From positions 13,362 through 77,361 of IMG/VR virus record IMGVR_UViG_3300047557_003034: a DNA stretch of 64,000 nt; one strand, written 5' to 3'. Position numbers and translations under genes: made by a program. The stretch comes from a virus. Below, piece by piece: positions 52,495-62,409 of the stretch (its first letter is position 1; each line of letters begins with the position of its first letter). Under the pieces are notes generated by a model. It ran no database searches. It saw only the letters and a program-made list of their open reading frames with translations, and was not told the origin of the DNA.

Positions 52495-52949
52495 TACTGC
52501 TATTTGGTCGTATCTGCAGTGGTAAAGGTAGCTACATGAACGATCCAGTGGATAATGCTAGAGTAGTTGTATCTCAACTTGTAGGTAGTTTGGTTAGATC
52601 GAATAGCAGAAGTGATATGCAAGATACTCTACACTTTGATCACATTCTAGCTGATCTCATAGTCAAGAGAGTTGGTACTTTGGTAAACATGAATCTCTGG
52701 AGTAACGTTATCGTAGACGGTATAAGACAACTGAGCATAGTTGAGAAAGTGATTGAGATCTATCCAGAAGCGCAACTCATTTGGCTAGAAGTACCAGTAG
52801 AGGAAAGAAAGAGGAGGTATGAGAATAGAAAGGATGGTAAGGATAGTCTACAGAGCTTTGAAGTTGCAGACAACAAGCCAATAGAATTAGAATGTCAAAA
52901 GATATTTGACACATTAAAAGACAAATTAATAATCGTAAATAACTACTAA
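52455..52949 (+). CDS. P-loop nucleoside monophosphate kinase-like protein
   Basis: VLLFGRICSGKGS, VIVDGIRQ, LEVP.EER.RRY..R lid. Confidence 0.7.
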   Translation: MEKTSDTSPTSKVVLLFGRICSGKGSYMNDPVDNARVVVSQLVGSLVRSNSRSDMQDTLHFDHILADLIVKRVGTLVNMNLWSNVIVDGIRQLSIVEKVIEIYPEAQLIWLEVPVEERKRRYENRKDGKDSLQSFEVADNKPIELECQKIFDTLKDKLIIVNNY

Positions 52950-53594
52950 ATGGAGCTCATTAAGAAAGCCAACGGTAACATTGTCCGTACAGCAGAAGAA
53001 AAAGCTAAGATGATCGAACAAGCAGCTGAGCATTATGGAAACTTTCTAACAGCCTTAGGTTTTAATTGGAAAGCTGACCCACACTCAGAGAACACACCAA
53101 AAAGAGTTGCCAAGGCTTGGGTAAACGATCTCATTGCGGGATCTAATAGTCCGGCTCCCGAAGTCACTGCTTTTCCTAACGATGAAGGATATACAGGACT
53201 CATCTGCCAAACTCGTATTCCTGTCATCAGTCTCTGTGCTCATCATAATCTAACTTTTCACGGAGTAGCTCACGTAGCCTACATTCCAGGTAAGGATAAG
53301 AATGATATGGTGATTGGTCTTAGTAAACTAAATCGCATAGTCGATTTCTTCAGTCGTCGTCCTAATATTCAAGAGTCTCTTACAAAGCAGATTCATGATG
53401 AGATTGATAGACTTTGTATAGGTAACAGAGGTGTAGCTGTTGTAATCGAATCACAGCACAATTGTGTACTGTGCCGTGGTGTTAAACACGACAGTGTAAT
53501 GAAGACCTCTCAAATGTCAGGATACTTCTGGACTAACGAAGTTGGAACTCGTGCAGAGTTTTTCCATCTGATAGATCAGAGCAGGCATGCTTAG
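52950..53594 (+). CDS. folE: GTP cyclohydrolase I
   Basis: TPKRVAK, SLCAHH, GLSKLNR, QE.LT, H.C..CRGV. Confidence 0.95.
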   Translation: MELIKKANGNIVRTAEEKAKMIEQAAEHYGNFLTALGFNWKADPHSENTPKRVAKAWVNDLIAGSNSPAPEVTAFPNDEGYTGLICQTRIPVISLCAHHNLTFHGVAHVAYIPGKDKNDMVIGLSKLNRIVDFFSRRPNIQESLTKQIHDEIDRLCIGNRGVAVVIESQHNCVLCRGVKHDSVMKTSQMSGYFWTNEVGTRAEFFHLIDQSRHA

Positions 53595-53602
53595 TCAACG
53601 TT

Positions 53603-54142
53603 ATGATAAAACTAAAACAACTAATTATGGAAGCTACACAACAGAAGTATGAATATGGCTGTGTTATGCTATACTTCAACTTCCCAACTCTCAAAATTTT
53701 GCATCAAGCAATTGATCCAGCTGACATCTATACAGAAGATGGTACTAGAAGCTTTGGTCTTGAAGTTGAACCGCATGTCACGTTATTGTACGGATTACAC
53801 AACGATGTCACAGCTGATCAAGTGAAGAAAATTGTTAATAGGTTTCCATACAGTAAATGCAGATTCTACAATGCTTCTTTATTTGAAAATGATTACGATG
53901 TTCTTAAGTTTCGTGTTGAAGGACTCAACTTGCATACAAGCAATAAGATGCTTAAAGAATTACCACACACAAGCACCTTTCCCAACTACCAACCACATTT
54001 AACAGTTGGATATCTCAAACAAGGAGCTGGTAAAAAGTATACAGAGATGTTTGAGCATTTAGAGTTTGAAGCTATGCCAACTTACGTGGTCTACAGTGCT
54101 GCAGACGGAACTAAGCATACGCTTTCAATTGAACTTATATGA
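53603..54142 (+). CDS. 2H phosphoesterase (Acb1/T4 57B-like, putative anti-CBASS nuclease)
   Basis: Two HxT motifs: PHVTLLYG and PHLTVGY. Confidence 0.7.
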   Translation: MIKLKQLIMEATQQKYEYGCVMLYFNFPTLKILHQAIDPADIYTEDGTRSFGLEVEPHVTLLYGLHNDVTADQVKKIVNRFPYSKCRFYNASLFENDYDVLKFRVEGLNLHTSNKMLKELPHTSTFPNYQPHLTVGYLKQGAGKKYTEMFEHLEFEAMPTYVVYSAADGTKHTLSIELI

Positions 54143-54951
54143 AAAAGATCAAATACGGATACATAGCTCCCATTGCCTATCAGCACATGATACCTGAGAG
54201 TGCTGACTTTCATCTCATACTTACACACCTACTAGATGACCCTCAATATGTAGACTTCTATAAAAAGAAGATTGAAAGAGGTGACACAGTGATACTTGAT
54301 AATAGTGCTTTTGAGTTTAAACGAGCTCTCAGTACTGAAGAGATTCTAGGCTTTATTGAACGCAGTGGTATACAACCTACCTACGTAGTAGCACCTGACT
54401 ATCCTTTCCAGGATTGGGAAATAACTTGGAACTCAACTCTTAAATTTATCGAAGAGGTAAAAGGAATGCCATACAAAGTCATGGCAGTACCTCAAAGCAA
54501 GAAAGGTGATTATCAGGGGTGGATAAGGGGTTATTCTGAGATGCTCCAACATCCTGATATAGAGATTATTGGTATGTCAATCTTAGGAATACCAAATGCT
54601 TTCTGTAGCCTGACTCATACTGAAGATGTAGCTTTCAATCGAGTATATGCAACTAGCTATTTACTCAATAAAGGAATTGTGGCTCCTGGATGGAAGTGGC
54701 ATCACTATTTAGGTTTAGGTGGAGGTCCTAGGGAGATCCTAATTCAAAGACAGCTTGAGCTTATGGATAGCAATGACAGCTCTTCACCTTTCTGGCATGG
54801 ACACTTGGGAGTTAAGTTTGATAACTCGATATGGGGTCTTAAGAATGGAAAGAGTCCGCTTGAAGTTAGATTCAATGCAGTACAAGATCCAGAAGCTTTG
54901 GACGATATAGAACACAACATTCAGTACATGGAACGATACATTCTAGGTTAA
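54139..54951 (+). CDS. dpdA: TGT/DpdA-superfamily deazaguanine transglycosylase-like protein (DpdA3-like)
   Basis: ILDNSAFE, VAPD, MAVPQ, HHYLG, S.DSSSP motifs of the TGT TIM-barrel fold; lies within the folE/que locus. Confidence 0.6.
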   Translation: MKKIKYGYIAPIAYQHMIPESADFHLILTHLLDDPQYVDFYKKKIERGDTVILDNSAFEFKRALSTEEILGFIERSGIQPTYVVAPDYPFQDWEITWNSTLKFIEEVKGMPYKVMAVPQSKKGDYQGWIRGYSEMLQHPDIEIIGMSILGIPNAFCSLTHTEDVAFNRVYATSYLLNKGIVAPGWKWHHYLGLGGGPREILIQRQLELMDSNDSSSPFWHGHLGVKFDNSIWGLKNGKSPLEVRFNAVQDPEALDDIEHNIQYMERYILG

Positions 54952-54952
54952 T

Positions 54953-55147
54953 ATGCAAGAGTTTGATCCAAAGAAGAAAGCACAAGGTCTAGGTGACACA
55001 GTAGCTAAGTTTACACATGCTTTAGGCATTGACAAGCTTGCCATGTTCATAGCAAGACTCATGGGAAAAGAGGATTGCGGATGTAATAGAAGAAGGAAGA
55101 AGTTAAACAAATTAGTTACGTACAAAGATGAACAAAAAGTATCTTGA
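54953..55147 (+). CDS. Small conserved phage protein
   Basis: GLGDTVAKFT...DCGC.RRR..LN motif. Confidence 0.6.
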   Translation: MQEFDPKKKAQGLGDTVAKFTHALGIDKLAMFIARLMGKEDCGCNRRRKKLNKLVTYKDEQKVS

Positions 55148-55538
55148 TTGGAGGGACATTGAACAAGGAGTTGAACGTCTAGCTACCAACATCACCGCAA
55201 GCAAAATTGAATTTACAGCAGTAACAGGATTACCGCGTGGAGGCTTAATTCCAGCTATAATGCTCTCACACACCTTAAGCATTCCTTTTATAAGCCAACC
55301 ACCTAATCAAGTAGGAAGCTCAATACTGGTCGTAGATGACATCTGTGACTCAGGTGTTACTATGCAAAAGTTTAAAGATGTTGAAAATATCTACACTGTA
55401 ACACTACATTACAAAACTACAGCATGCTACGAACCAAACTATTGGTGGAGGTTAGTAGGTGATAATGAGTGGATAGTATATCCGTGGGAAAGAAAAGATT
55501 CACAAACAATACCCGACTATGCAACAAAGAGAGAGTAA
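55128..55538 (+). CDS. Purine (xanthine/guanine-type) phosphoribosyltransferase
   Basis: GLPRGGLIPA, PRPP-binding LVVDDICDSGVT, WIVYPWE. Confidence 0.88.
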   Translation: MNKKYLDWRDIEQGVERLATNITASKIEFTAVTGLPRGGLIPAIMLSHTLSIPFISQPPNQVGSSILVVDDICDSGVTMQKFKDVENIYTVTLHYKTTACYEPNYWWRLVGDNEWIVYPWERKDSQTIPDYATKRE

Positions 55539-55689
55539 GACAAACTGGCATTTCAACTTCAGCATCGCTAAATCAATCTTCAGAGTATTTGCTGGTACAG
55601 CATTACTCTACAGTAACATTTGGTATTTAGTATCAGCAGGAGCTATGCTGATTGTAGCAGAAATATTAGGTGTTTTGGAAGAACTTTAA
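55519..55689 (+). CDS. Small membrane protein (56 aa)
   Basis: MQQRESKTNWHFNFSIAKSIFRVFAG...LIVAEILGVLEEL; not in the ORF track. Confidence 0.55.
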   Translation: MQQRESKTNWHFNFSIAKSIFRVFAGTALLYSNIWYLVSAGAMLIVAEILGVLEEL

Positions 55690-55701
55690 TAACTTTATAT
55701 C

Positions 55702-56250
55702 ATGATAAACGCACAACAAATAGTAGAAGCAGGTCTCCTAAAGTTGGAGCACAGCAAAGGCAAACCAGCCCAGATTGGATACGATCTATCCTTAAAAGCA
55801 GTTCAAAGAATTGGTGGTGCATACGGAACTACTACAGGACATCCGATAATGGAGGATATGGAGATTGGCAAAGTTCTAAAGGATAAAACGCATCTTGCAA
55901 CCTACACACCAGTAGAAACTACAAAGGTAGACGGCATACAAGGCTGGTTATTGTACCCAGGTTCATACGATATTACTTTCTGGGAAGGATGTAAGATACC
56001 ATCCAACTACGTAGGTCTCATAAGACAGAGATCTTCAATGCTGAGAAACGGTACAGTACTACACTCCTCTGTATTTGATCCAGGATTTGAAACAGACTTC
56101 ATGGGAACTGTAATGGTTGTGAATGAAACCATATTTGTTGAGCAGGATGCAAGAGTAGCACAAATCTACTTCCACGAATGTACACCAGTCGATAATGAAA
56201 ATCTTTACCAAGGTCAATGGCAAAATGACAAGCAGCGTTCATCTCTATGA
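55702..56250 (+). CDS. Trimeric dUTPase/dCTP deaminase-fold protein
   Basis: GYDL, RSS..R.G, VFDPGF, RVAQ, Y.GQWQ. Confidence 0.8.
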   Translation: MINAQQIVEAGLLKLEHSKGKPAQIGYDLSLKAVQRIGGAYGTTTGHPIMEDMEIGKVLKDKTHLATYTPVETTKVDGIQGWLLYPGSYDITFWEGCKIPSNYVGLIRQRSSMLRNGTVLHSSVFDPGFETDFMGTVMVVNETIFVEQDARVAQIYFHECTPVDNENLYQGQWQNDKQRSSL

Positions 56251-58556
56251 CACAAGAAAAAAGTTATGTAACAGTCAATAGTAAGGAAACCCTACTAGAC
56301 CTTGTAAAGCACATTCAAGAAAGTGAATACTGTGCTTATGATACTGAAACCGATAGTTTGAATCCACGTAAAGGATGTATTATCGGTTTCTCTGTCTCAG
56401 GTCAGGTAGGTAGAGGTTACTACATGCCGGTCAAACAATTTAAAGATGGCTCTTTACAAGACATCTACATAGAAGATCGCAAAGCAAGTGATCTTGCTAA
56501 GGTAGTTATAACAAAGCTACTAGACAAGAAGCTGATAATGCATAACGCTTCGTTCGATATTCGATTTACAAAAAACCACTATGGAATAAACCTACTACCA
56601 GCTTTATATGCTGATACTGGACTTTTGGTTCATACTGTAAAGGAGGAAGGTGCTTTCGGTTATGGTAATCCTTTTGGTTTGAAGCCAATCGCAATGATGG
56701 TGCAGAGTGAGATTGGACTCGATGTTGAAAAGGATGCTAACGAAGAACAGCTCGCACTCAAAGCTAGTATAAAAGAGAATGGTGGGCAAGTCTCAAAAGA
56801 GAACTTTGAAATCTATAAAGCAGATCAGGAAATCTTATCTAAGTACGCAGCAGCTGATACTGATCTCACTCTTAGAATCTATTTTCATTTTTTGGAGATA
56901 CTCAAACAAGAAGGTCTTGAGAAGTTTTTCTTTGAGGAAGAGGTTATGCCACTTTACAAAGAAGTAACAATTCCAATGGAAGATCACGGTGTGAGATTGG
57001 ATATTGAACTGATGCAAAAGACAAAGGAGAATATCGTAGCTGATCTAGCAAGGCATGCTGAATTAGTAGTAGAGGAATTGTTGAAAGATGGTAGGATTAG
57101 AGGTTGGATTATAGATCGAGCTGTTGAAGCTTATCCACCAAAAGCTAAAGGTACGTTTGCACAAAGGTTACTTGAGCAAAATGATATTGAATTAGTACGC
57201 TCTGATAAGACTGGTAAATTCACTATCAACAAATCAGCTGTAGCATCTCTGCCAGAGTCTCCAATCAAGGACTACTTGATGACTGGTGACACCAGCTATT
57301 TAACAAAAGAGCAGATAGTAAAATGTTCTCTTTCCTTATGGAAGGAAGATAACGATGGGAAGTTCTTTAACATCCAATCAAAAGATCAGTTAGGTAAGAT
57401 TGCTTTTGAGGTACTTGGTATCAAACCACTATCTGAGACCAGCAAAGGCAAACCACAGTTCGATGAAGACCTCATTCAATCAATAAGTGGTGAGTATACG
57501 TGGGCTAAGTATTTGAGAATTTACAACAAGCTTACAAAGATCAAAACAGCCTACATAGATAGATTCCTAGACTCATCAGAAGATGGAAGGTTTTATCCCT
57601 ACTTCAAACAGAACGGTACAGTATCGGGAAGGTACGGATCAGATCTACAACAGCTTCCTAAACCACTTGAGCCTGGACAGGATGAGCAGATAGTAATGGA
57701 TTACACAAACGTAGTGAGAGCTTTCTTTATCTGTGATCCAGGGTATAAACTTCTTGACACAGACTATCAATCTCTTGAACCTAGAATCTTTGCAGCTGTG
57801 GCTGGTGATCAGGGATTAAAGGATATCTTTGCAAATGGTTGGGACTTTTATTCAACGGTAGCAATCAGAACTGAAAAGCTAGAAGGAGTCAGTCCAGACA
57901 CCAAAGCACCTAACTACCTCAAGAAACTAGATCCGGTGAAAAGACAAACAGCCAAGTCTTACTCACTCGGTATTGCGTACGGTATGTCAGGATACGCATT
58001 AGCCATGACTCTCAACATACCAGCAAAGGAAGCAGACAAACTAGTGGAAGGCTATCTCGAAGGATTCCCAGAACTCAAAAAGTGGAGAGAAGAGTCGAGA
58101 GCTTTTGTAAAAGCAAACGGATACATCAAGAATAAAGTAGGACGAATAAGACACCTACCCGTAGCTAAGGAAATCTATGAAGCTATGGAAGATAGGTTGC
58201 TTGATTGGAAAGTGAGAAAGGAACTAGAAAGAGAGTACGGACTTGATAAAGTAAACTCTCTCTACAGAGACTATAGGAATGCGCTTAATAACTGTTTAAA
58301 CTACCAAATTCAGAGTTTTGCAGCTTCGGTGGTGAATCGAGCAGCTGTACAAATAAACAGGAGATTTCGCAGTGAAAACATACGAGGACAGGTGATTGCT
58401 CAGATACATGACCAGCTTGTGTGTCAAGTTCACGAAGAAGATACAAAACGTGCATGTGAGATTGTGCAAGAGTGTATGGAGAATACAACCATACTAGATG
58501 GTGTAGCCTTAGTAGCTGAACCAGAGGTTACGATTAATTTTAGAGACGGTCACTAA
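56247..58556 (+). CDS. polA: Family A DNA polymerase with 3'-5' exonuclease
   Basis: ExoI DTET, ExoII HNASFD, ExoIII YAAAD; motif A DYQSLEPR, motif B RQTAKSYSLGIAYG, motif C IHDQL. Confidence 0.93.
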   Translation: MTQEKSYVTVNSKETLLDLVKHIQESEYCAYDTETDSLNPRKGCIIGFSVSGQVGRGYYMPVKQFKDGSLQDIYIEDRKASDLAKVVITKLLDKKLIMHNASFDIRFTKNHYGINLLPALYADTGLLVHTVKEEGAFGYGNPFGLKPIAMMVQSEIGLDVEKDANEEQLALKASIKENGGQVSKENFEIYKADQEILSKYAAADTDLTLRIYFHFLEILKQEGLEKFFFEEEVMPLYKEVTIPMEDHGVRLDIELMQKTKENIVADLARHAELVVEELLKDGRIRGWIIDRAVEAYPPKAKGTFAQRLLEQNDIELVRSDKTGKFTINKSAVASLPESPIKDYLMTGDTSYLTKEQIVKCSLSLWKEDNDGKFFNIQSKDQLGKIAFEVLGIKPLSETSKGKPQFDEDLIQSISGEYTWAKYLRIYNKLTKIKTAYIDRFLDSSEDGRFYPYFKQNGTVSGRYGSDLQQLPKPLEPGQDEQIVMDYTNVVRAFFICDPGYKLLDTDYQSLEPRIFAAVAGDQGLKDIFANGWDFYSTVAIRTEKLEGVSPDTKAPNYLKKLDPVKRQTAKSYSLGIAYGMSGYALAMTLNIPAKEADKLVEGYLEGFPELKKWREESRAFVKANGYIKNKVGRIRHLPVAKEIYEAMEDRLLDWKVRKELEREYGLDKVNSLYRDYRNALNNCLNYQIQSFAASVVNRAAVQINRRFRSENIRGQVIAQIHDQLVCQVHEEDTKRACEIVQECMENTTILDGVALVAEPEVTINFRDGH

Positions 58557-58608
58557 ATAAAGGCAATAATTTTGATCAATATTTACTGGAAGTAGGATAT
58601 TTATAATC

Positions 58609-58929
58609 ATGAAGGCAGTAGCTACTATATTACTTATCCTAAGCATGAGCTCCTGCTACGTCTACGATAACGCATACTACAATCCGGATAGACCGGTAAC
58701 AAGATATCAATATTACTACGACTATCCAACTTATCCTTATTTTAGACCTACACCCTACAGCTATCACCAAAGACCTTCCATTATAGTAATAGAGAAGAAC
58801 AATCAAAAGATAGTAAGGCCAGCACCAAGAGTAAATGCTTTTGGTCCAACAGCACCACCCTCAGCTCCAAGAAACCCATCCGCACCAATTAGAACATTCC
58901 CAAGAAAAGACGACAAAAGAGAGAAGTAG
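58609..58929 (+). CDS. Putative lipoprotein, Tyr/Pro-rich
   Basis: Signal peptide with lipobox-like LSMSSC. Confidence 0.6.
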   Translation: MKAVATILLILSMSSCYVYDNAYYNPDRPVTRYQYYYDYPTYPYFRPTPYSYHQRPSIIVIEKNNQKIVRPAPRVNAFGPTAPPSAPRNPSAPIRTFPRKDDKREK

Positions 58930-58947
58930 TAAAACTTATCAATAGTT

Positions 58948-59136
58948 ATGCCCAAAATCGAATTTCTGACATTCCAGGACAATCTTTACATTATTAGAAG
59001 AATCTTGAGAGAAGATCTTGATCCCAACATAGATGTTTGGAAAGAGCATCTCAATGCTGATACAGTACTGAAAAAGGATGGCTGGTTATATTTTCTAGAA
59101 ATTGTGCCTGAATTGGAAATAATTGAGGACCTTTAA
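58948..59136 (+). CDS. Hypothetical protein
   Basis: 62-aa ORF. Confidence 0.55.
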   Translation: MPKIEFLTFQDNLYIIRRILREDLDPNIDVWKEHLNADTVLKKDGWLYFLEIVPELEIIEDL

Positions 59137-59147
59137 CAAAATACAAT

Positions 59148-59438
59148 ATGAATAAGTTACAACCCCTTAACGGCTACATTGTGATAAAGCCGATTGACGA
59201 AGAAGAACAAATGTACGGTAACATTGTAATTCCCGATCTAGGAAAGGAAAAACCAGAGATGGGAGAAGTGGTAGCAACATCTGACACCTACAACTTCCAC
59301 AGCGACTCGTTAGTAGAATCCAAACTCAAGGTAGGAGATAGAGTATTGGTACCTAAATTAGGAACAGTTCGGGTATCAGTAGAAAATGAAGATTACTACA
59401 TTTGCAAAGAACAGGACATATACTCAAAAATAAACTAA
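59148..59438 (+). CDS. groES: Co-chaperonin GroES
   Basis: LQPL...IVIK, IVIPD..KEKP..GEVVA, LKVGDRVL. Confidence 0.9.
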   Translation: MNKLQPLNGYIVIKPIDEEEQMYGNIVIPDLGKEKPEMGEVVATSDTYNFHSDSLVESKLKVGDRVLVPKLGTVRVSVENEDYYICKEQDIYSKIN

Positions 59439-59439
59439 C

Positions 59440-61101
59440 ATGACAACAACGGTTTTCGGAACAGAACTCAAGAACAAACTCCTGGCAGGTATCCAAAAGT
59501 TAAACCAATCAGTATCCTCAACTTTAGGACCAGGAGGTCGTACAGTACTCATCAAAGACAAAAGTGGAGAAGTGAAAGTGACCAAAGATGGTGTCACAGT
59601 AGCTCGTTCATTTCATGAACTTGAAGATCAAGTAGAGGACTTAGGTGCACAGCTTGTAAAGCAGGTCAGTATTAAGAGTGCGAATGAAGCAGGTGATGGT
59701 ACAACAACATCAACACTGCTTGCTACTACTATGGTTGAAGAAGGCCTTAAGCTCATTAACCAAGGTTCTAATCCAGTAGAAGTTAAAAAAGGTATCGATA
59801 AGTATGTAGCAGAGGTTGTGAACCAACTTAGAAGTATTGCTGAGGATGTTACATCTCAAGAGCAAATCAAACAAGTAGCAGCTATCTCAGCTAACAATGA
59901 TCAGGAGGTTGGTAATTTAATATCAACAGCAATAGAAAAGGTTGGACGAGAGGGTATTGTAACAATCGAAGAGTCGAAGACAGGAGAAACTGTTCTTGAA
60001 ATAGTAGAGGGTATGCAGTTTGATCGTGGTTACAAGTCTCCTTACTTTGTTACCAACAACACAACCATGCAGGCTGTCTTAGAAGAACCTTACATCTTTA
60101 TCTATGATGGTAGGATAACAAAAGCATCTGAACTTCTTAATGCTCTTAGTAAGGTTAGCGGTGAAAACAAATCACTACTCATTGTTGCTGAAGACATAGA
60201 AGATGAAGCTCTTGCAACTCTCATTGTCAATAAGATGAGGAACATCATCAAAGTAGTTGCAGTTAAAGCGCCTGACTTTGGAGAAAGGAGAACACTTATC
60301 TTGGAAGACTTAGCTGCACTTACAGGCGGAACTGTTATATCAAAGAACAAAGGTCACAAGCTAGATAAACTAGCACCCGTTCAAGTAGTTGAGTTCTTAG
60401 GTAAAGCTAGAACAGTAACTGTTTCAAAAGAGGCTACCACCATTGTAGACGGTTCAGGTGATCCTGAAGCAATCGCAGCTAGGGCTGATGATATAAAAGA
60501 GCAAATAGAAAAAGCTACATCTTTCTACGAGAAAGAAAAGCTGCAGGAGAGGTTAGGTAAACTGATTGGTGGAGTAGCAATCATATCAGTTGGTGGTAAT
60601 TCAGACATCGAGATCAAAGAAAGAAAAGATAGAGTCGAAGATGCTCTCTTTGCTACAAAAGCAGCATTAGTAGAAGGAATCGTTCCAGGTGGTGGTGTAG
60701 CTCTTATTGAGGCATTTAATGCACTCTCAATCAGTCCTAAAGAAGTATCTGCAGATGAAATGCTTGGTTTTGATATTGTGAGAAAAGCTTGCTTTGCTCC
60801 ATTCAAGACAATACTCAAGAACTGTGGTATAGAGGATTACTACTCAATACTAAGAGCAGTATCAGATGCTAGGATAGGTCTTGTAGGAAGTGGTGGTGAA
60901 GATATGCTCTACACTTATGATGCTAAGACACAAAATGTAGTAGGAGCAAAGGAGTCAGGTCTTCTAGATCCAGCCAAGGTAACTCGAACAGCATTAGAAA
61001 ACGCAGCTTCTGTAGCTGGTACAATATTAACAACAGAGTCGGTCATCTTTGAGAAGAAGAATGAAAACTCAAACGAAGATCCGGCAATGGCAGCTTTTTA
61101 G
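59440..61101 (+). CDS. groEL: Chaperonin GroEL
   Basis: [57 protein letters not shown]. Confidence 0.97.
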   Translation: MTTTVFGTELKNKLLAGIQKLNQSVSSTLGPGGRTVLIKDKSGEVKVTKDGVTVARSFHELEDQVEDLGAQLVKQVSIKSANEAGDGTTTSTLLATTMVEEGLKLINQGSNPVEVKKGIDKYVAEVVNQLRSIAEDVTSQEQIKQVAAISANNDQEVGNLISTAIEKVGREGIVTIEESKTGETVLEIVEGMQFDRGYKSPYFVTNNTTMQAVLEEPYIFIYDGRITKASELLNALSKVSGENKSLLIVAEDIEDEALATLIVNKMRNIIKVVAVKAPDFGERRTLILEDLAALTGGTVISKNKGHKLDKLAPVQVVEFLGKARTVTVSKEATTIVDGSGDPEAIAARADDIKEQIEKATSFYEKEKLQERLGKLIGGVAIISVGGNSDIEIKERKDRVEDALFATKAALVEGIVPGGGVALIEAFNALSISPKEVSADEMLGFDIVRKACFAPFKTILKNCGIEDYYSILRAVSDARIGLVGSGGEDMLYTYDAKTQNVVGAKESGLLDPAKVTRTALENAASVAGTILTTESVIFEKKNENSNEDPAMAAF

Positions 61102-61121
61102 GTGTTTTATCAAAGGTTGAC

Positions 61122-61149
61122 GCCCTCCGTTTCTACGGGGGGCTTTTTT
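61122..61149 (+). terminator. Rho-independent terminator after groEL
   Basis: GCCCTCCGT-ttct-ACGGGGGGC stem followed by TTTTTT; sits between convergent genes. Confidence 0.85.
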
Positions 61150-61165
61150 ATGCAACCTACGAGTG

Positions 61166-61819
61166 TTAACCAACCTGTGTTAGCGTTGCTATTACTGAAG
61201 GGATAGCTGGGTAATTTCCTGCAGCTGGGTCGTACACCAACTGCATATTAATATCATCAGACTGCCATACTATTTCTAAATAATCTCCAGCATTCATAAC
61301 GTCAACATAATTCCAAGCTGCTACAAATCTTCCACTTCCTCCCGCTTGTTTTAGTACATCTACACTTGTATTAGAACGAGGAACATTAGATCCATTCTTT
61401 TTAAACCAAATGTATGCTGTATCCGCTCCATTATCTGTTTTTTCTAATTGAGCCGAAAACTGTAAATTGTAAACTCCAAGATGGGAAACTGTAATCCTAC
61501 TTCCACTAACTACTATAACACCATTAGAATATTCTGTAGTTTCTAATTGCATGGAGCGAGACACATTAGGAGTCAGGTTAGTCTGAGAGCTAGTAGAACA
61601 AAAAGCACCGTAAAATCCAAAATTACCGTTTGATCCCGAGGTCCAGAAAGACCCTGTCTGACTGGGTAGTACTACAGAAGATGATATCTGATTAAATATA
61701 GAATTTCCTATAGCTTGAAGTGTTGTCTTTTTGGTTATGTTGGTATTGACAACAGGAAATACATCATTTGATTCTGGGGTAGTTAGTAAAGGCAGTGCTG
61801 ATATAGGTAAATCTGGCAT
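61166..61819 (-). CDS. Virion structural protein with C1q/TNF-like beta-sandwich C-terminus
   Basis: MPDLPISALP N-terminus; GVYNLQFSAQL...IWFKKNG...GDYLEIVW...PSVIATL. Confidence 0.65.
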   Translation of the reverse strand: MPDLPISALPLLTTPESNDVFPVVNTNITKKTTLQAIGNSIFNQISSSVVLPSQTGSFWTSGSNGNFGFYGAFCSTSSQTNLTPNVSRSMQLETTEYSNGVIVVSGSRITVSHLGVYNLQFSAQLEKTDNGADTAYIWFKKNGSNVPRSNTSVDVLKQAGGSGRFVAAWNYVDVMNAGDYLEIVWQSDDINMQLVYDPAAGNYPAIPSVIATLTQVG

Positions 61820-61830
61820 TTGTGGTATCT

Positions 61831-62073
61831 TTATACGGTTACATAAATTTTGGATCCATCCTCTTGAAGGATGTAAGCCAGATCTTCTTGCTGTAAGAAA
61901 CCTTCTACAACCGGTCCGACAACACCGGTCTGCGTAGCTCCTCCGCGATTAAGCCAAGCAGCGTACATATTTTGTTGAAGCTCGTTGACATATTCGTTGT
62001 ACATCCGAACTTGCTGATCTAAGGTTAGGCTCTTAACCTCATTGAGCTGTCTAAAATGTTGCCAATGTATCAC
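61831..62073 (-). CDS. Small hypothetical (structural) protein
   Basis: LQQED..YILQEDGSKI motif; TATTTATA on the minus strand just upstream of the GTG start. Confidence 0.55.
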   Translation of the reverse strand: MIHWQHFRQLNEVKSLTLDQQVRMYNEYVNELQQNMYAAWLNRGGATQTGVVGPVVEGFLQQEDLAYILQEDGSKIYVTV

Positions 62074-62142
62074 ATTTATAAATATCTACCAGGTAGATAG
62101 TATAACGGGCGTTTAGTAAATACTTATTAAGGGGTTTTCACT

Positions 62143-62370
62143 ATGATAAAGTTTGCTAAACACAACAATAGGGAATACGTTTTAGTAGATAGCTCTTTTG
62201 AAGTTAATCAAGTAACAGTTCCTATCCATTTACAAATTGACATCACTAGTTTAGAAGAACCCGAAAAGATTCTAATATACAGAACATCTGCAACAGCCTT
62301 CAATAGACACATCGTGTTTGCAAAGAAAAAGGAAGAGAAAGTGAAAAAGGCTTGGTGGAAGATTTGGTAA
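62143..62370 (+). CDS. Hypothetical protein
   Basis: 75-aa ORF ending KKAWWKIW. Confidence 0.55.
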   Translation: MIKFAKHNNREYVLVDSSFEVNQVTVPIHLQIDITSLEEPEKILIYRTSATAFNRHIVFAKKKEEKVKKAWWKIW

Positions 62371-62374
62371 GACT

Positions 62375-62405
62375 GTTGTTCCCATTCAAATAAATTGTAT
62401 CTTTG
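62375..62405 (+). promoter_or_regulatory. Bacteroidota-type -33/-7 promoter
   Basis: GTTG, 19 nt, TATCTTTG (exact TAnnTTTG); ATG 4 nt downstream. Confidence 0.65.
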
Positions 62406-62409
62406 TTAT

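Noticed and set aside
55620-55886. ORF-track 88-aa ORF overlapping the dUTPase-fold gene
   Set aside because: It overlaps two better-supported genes (55519-55689 and 55702-56250) in other frames
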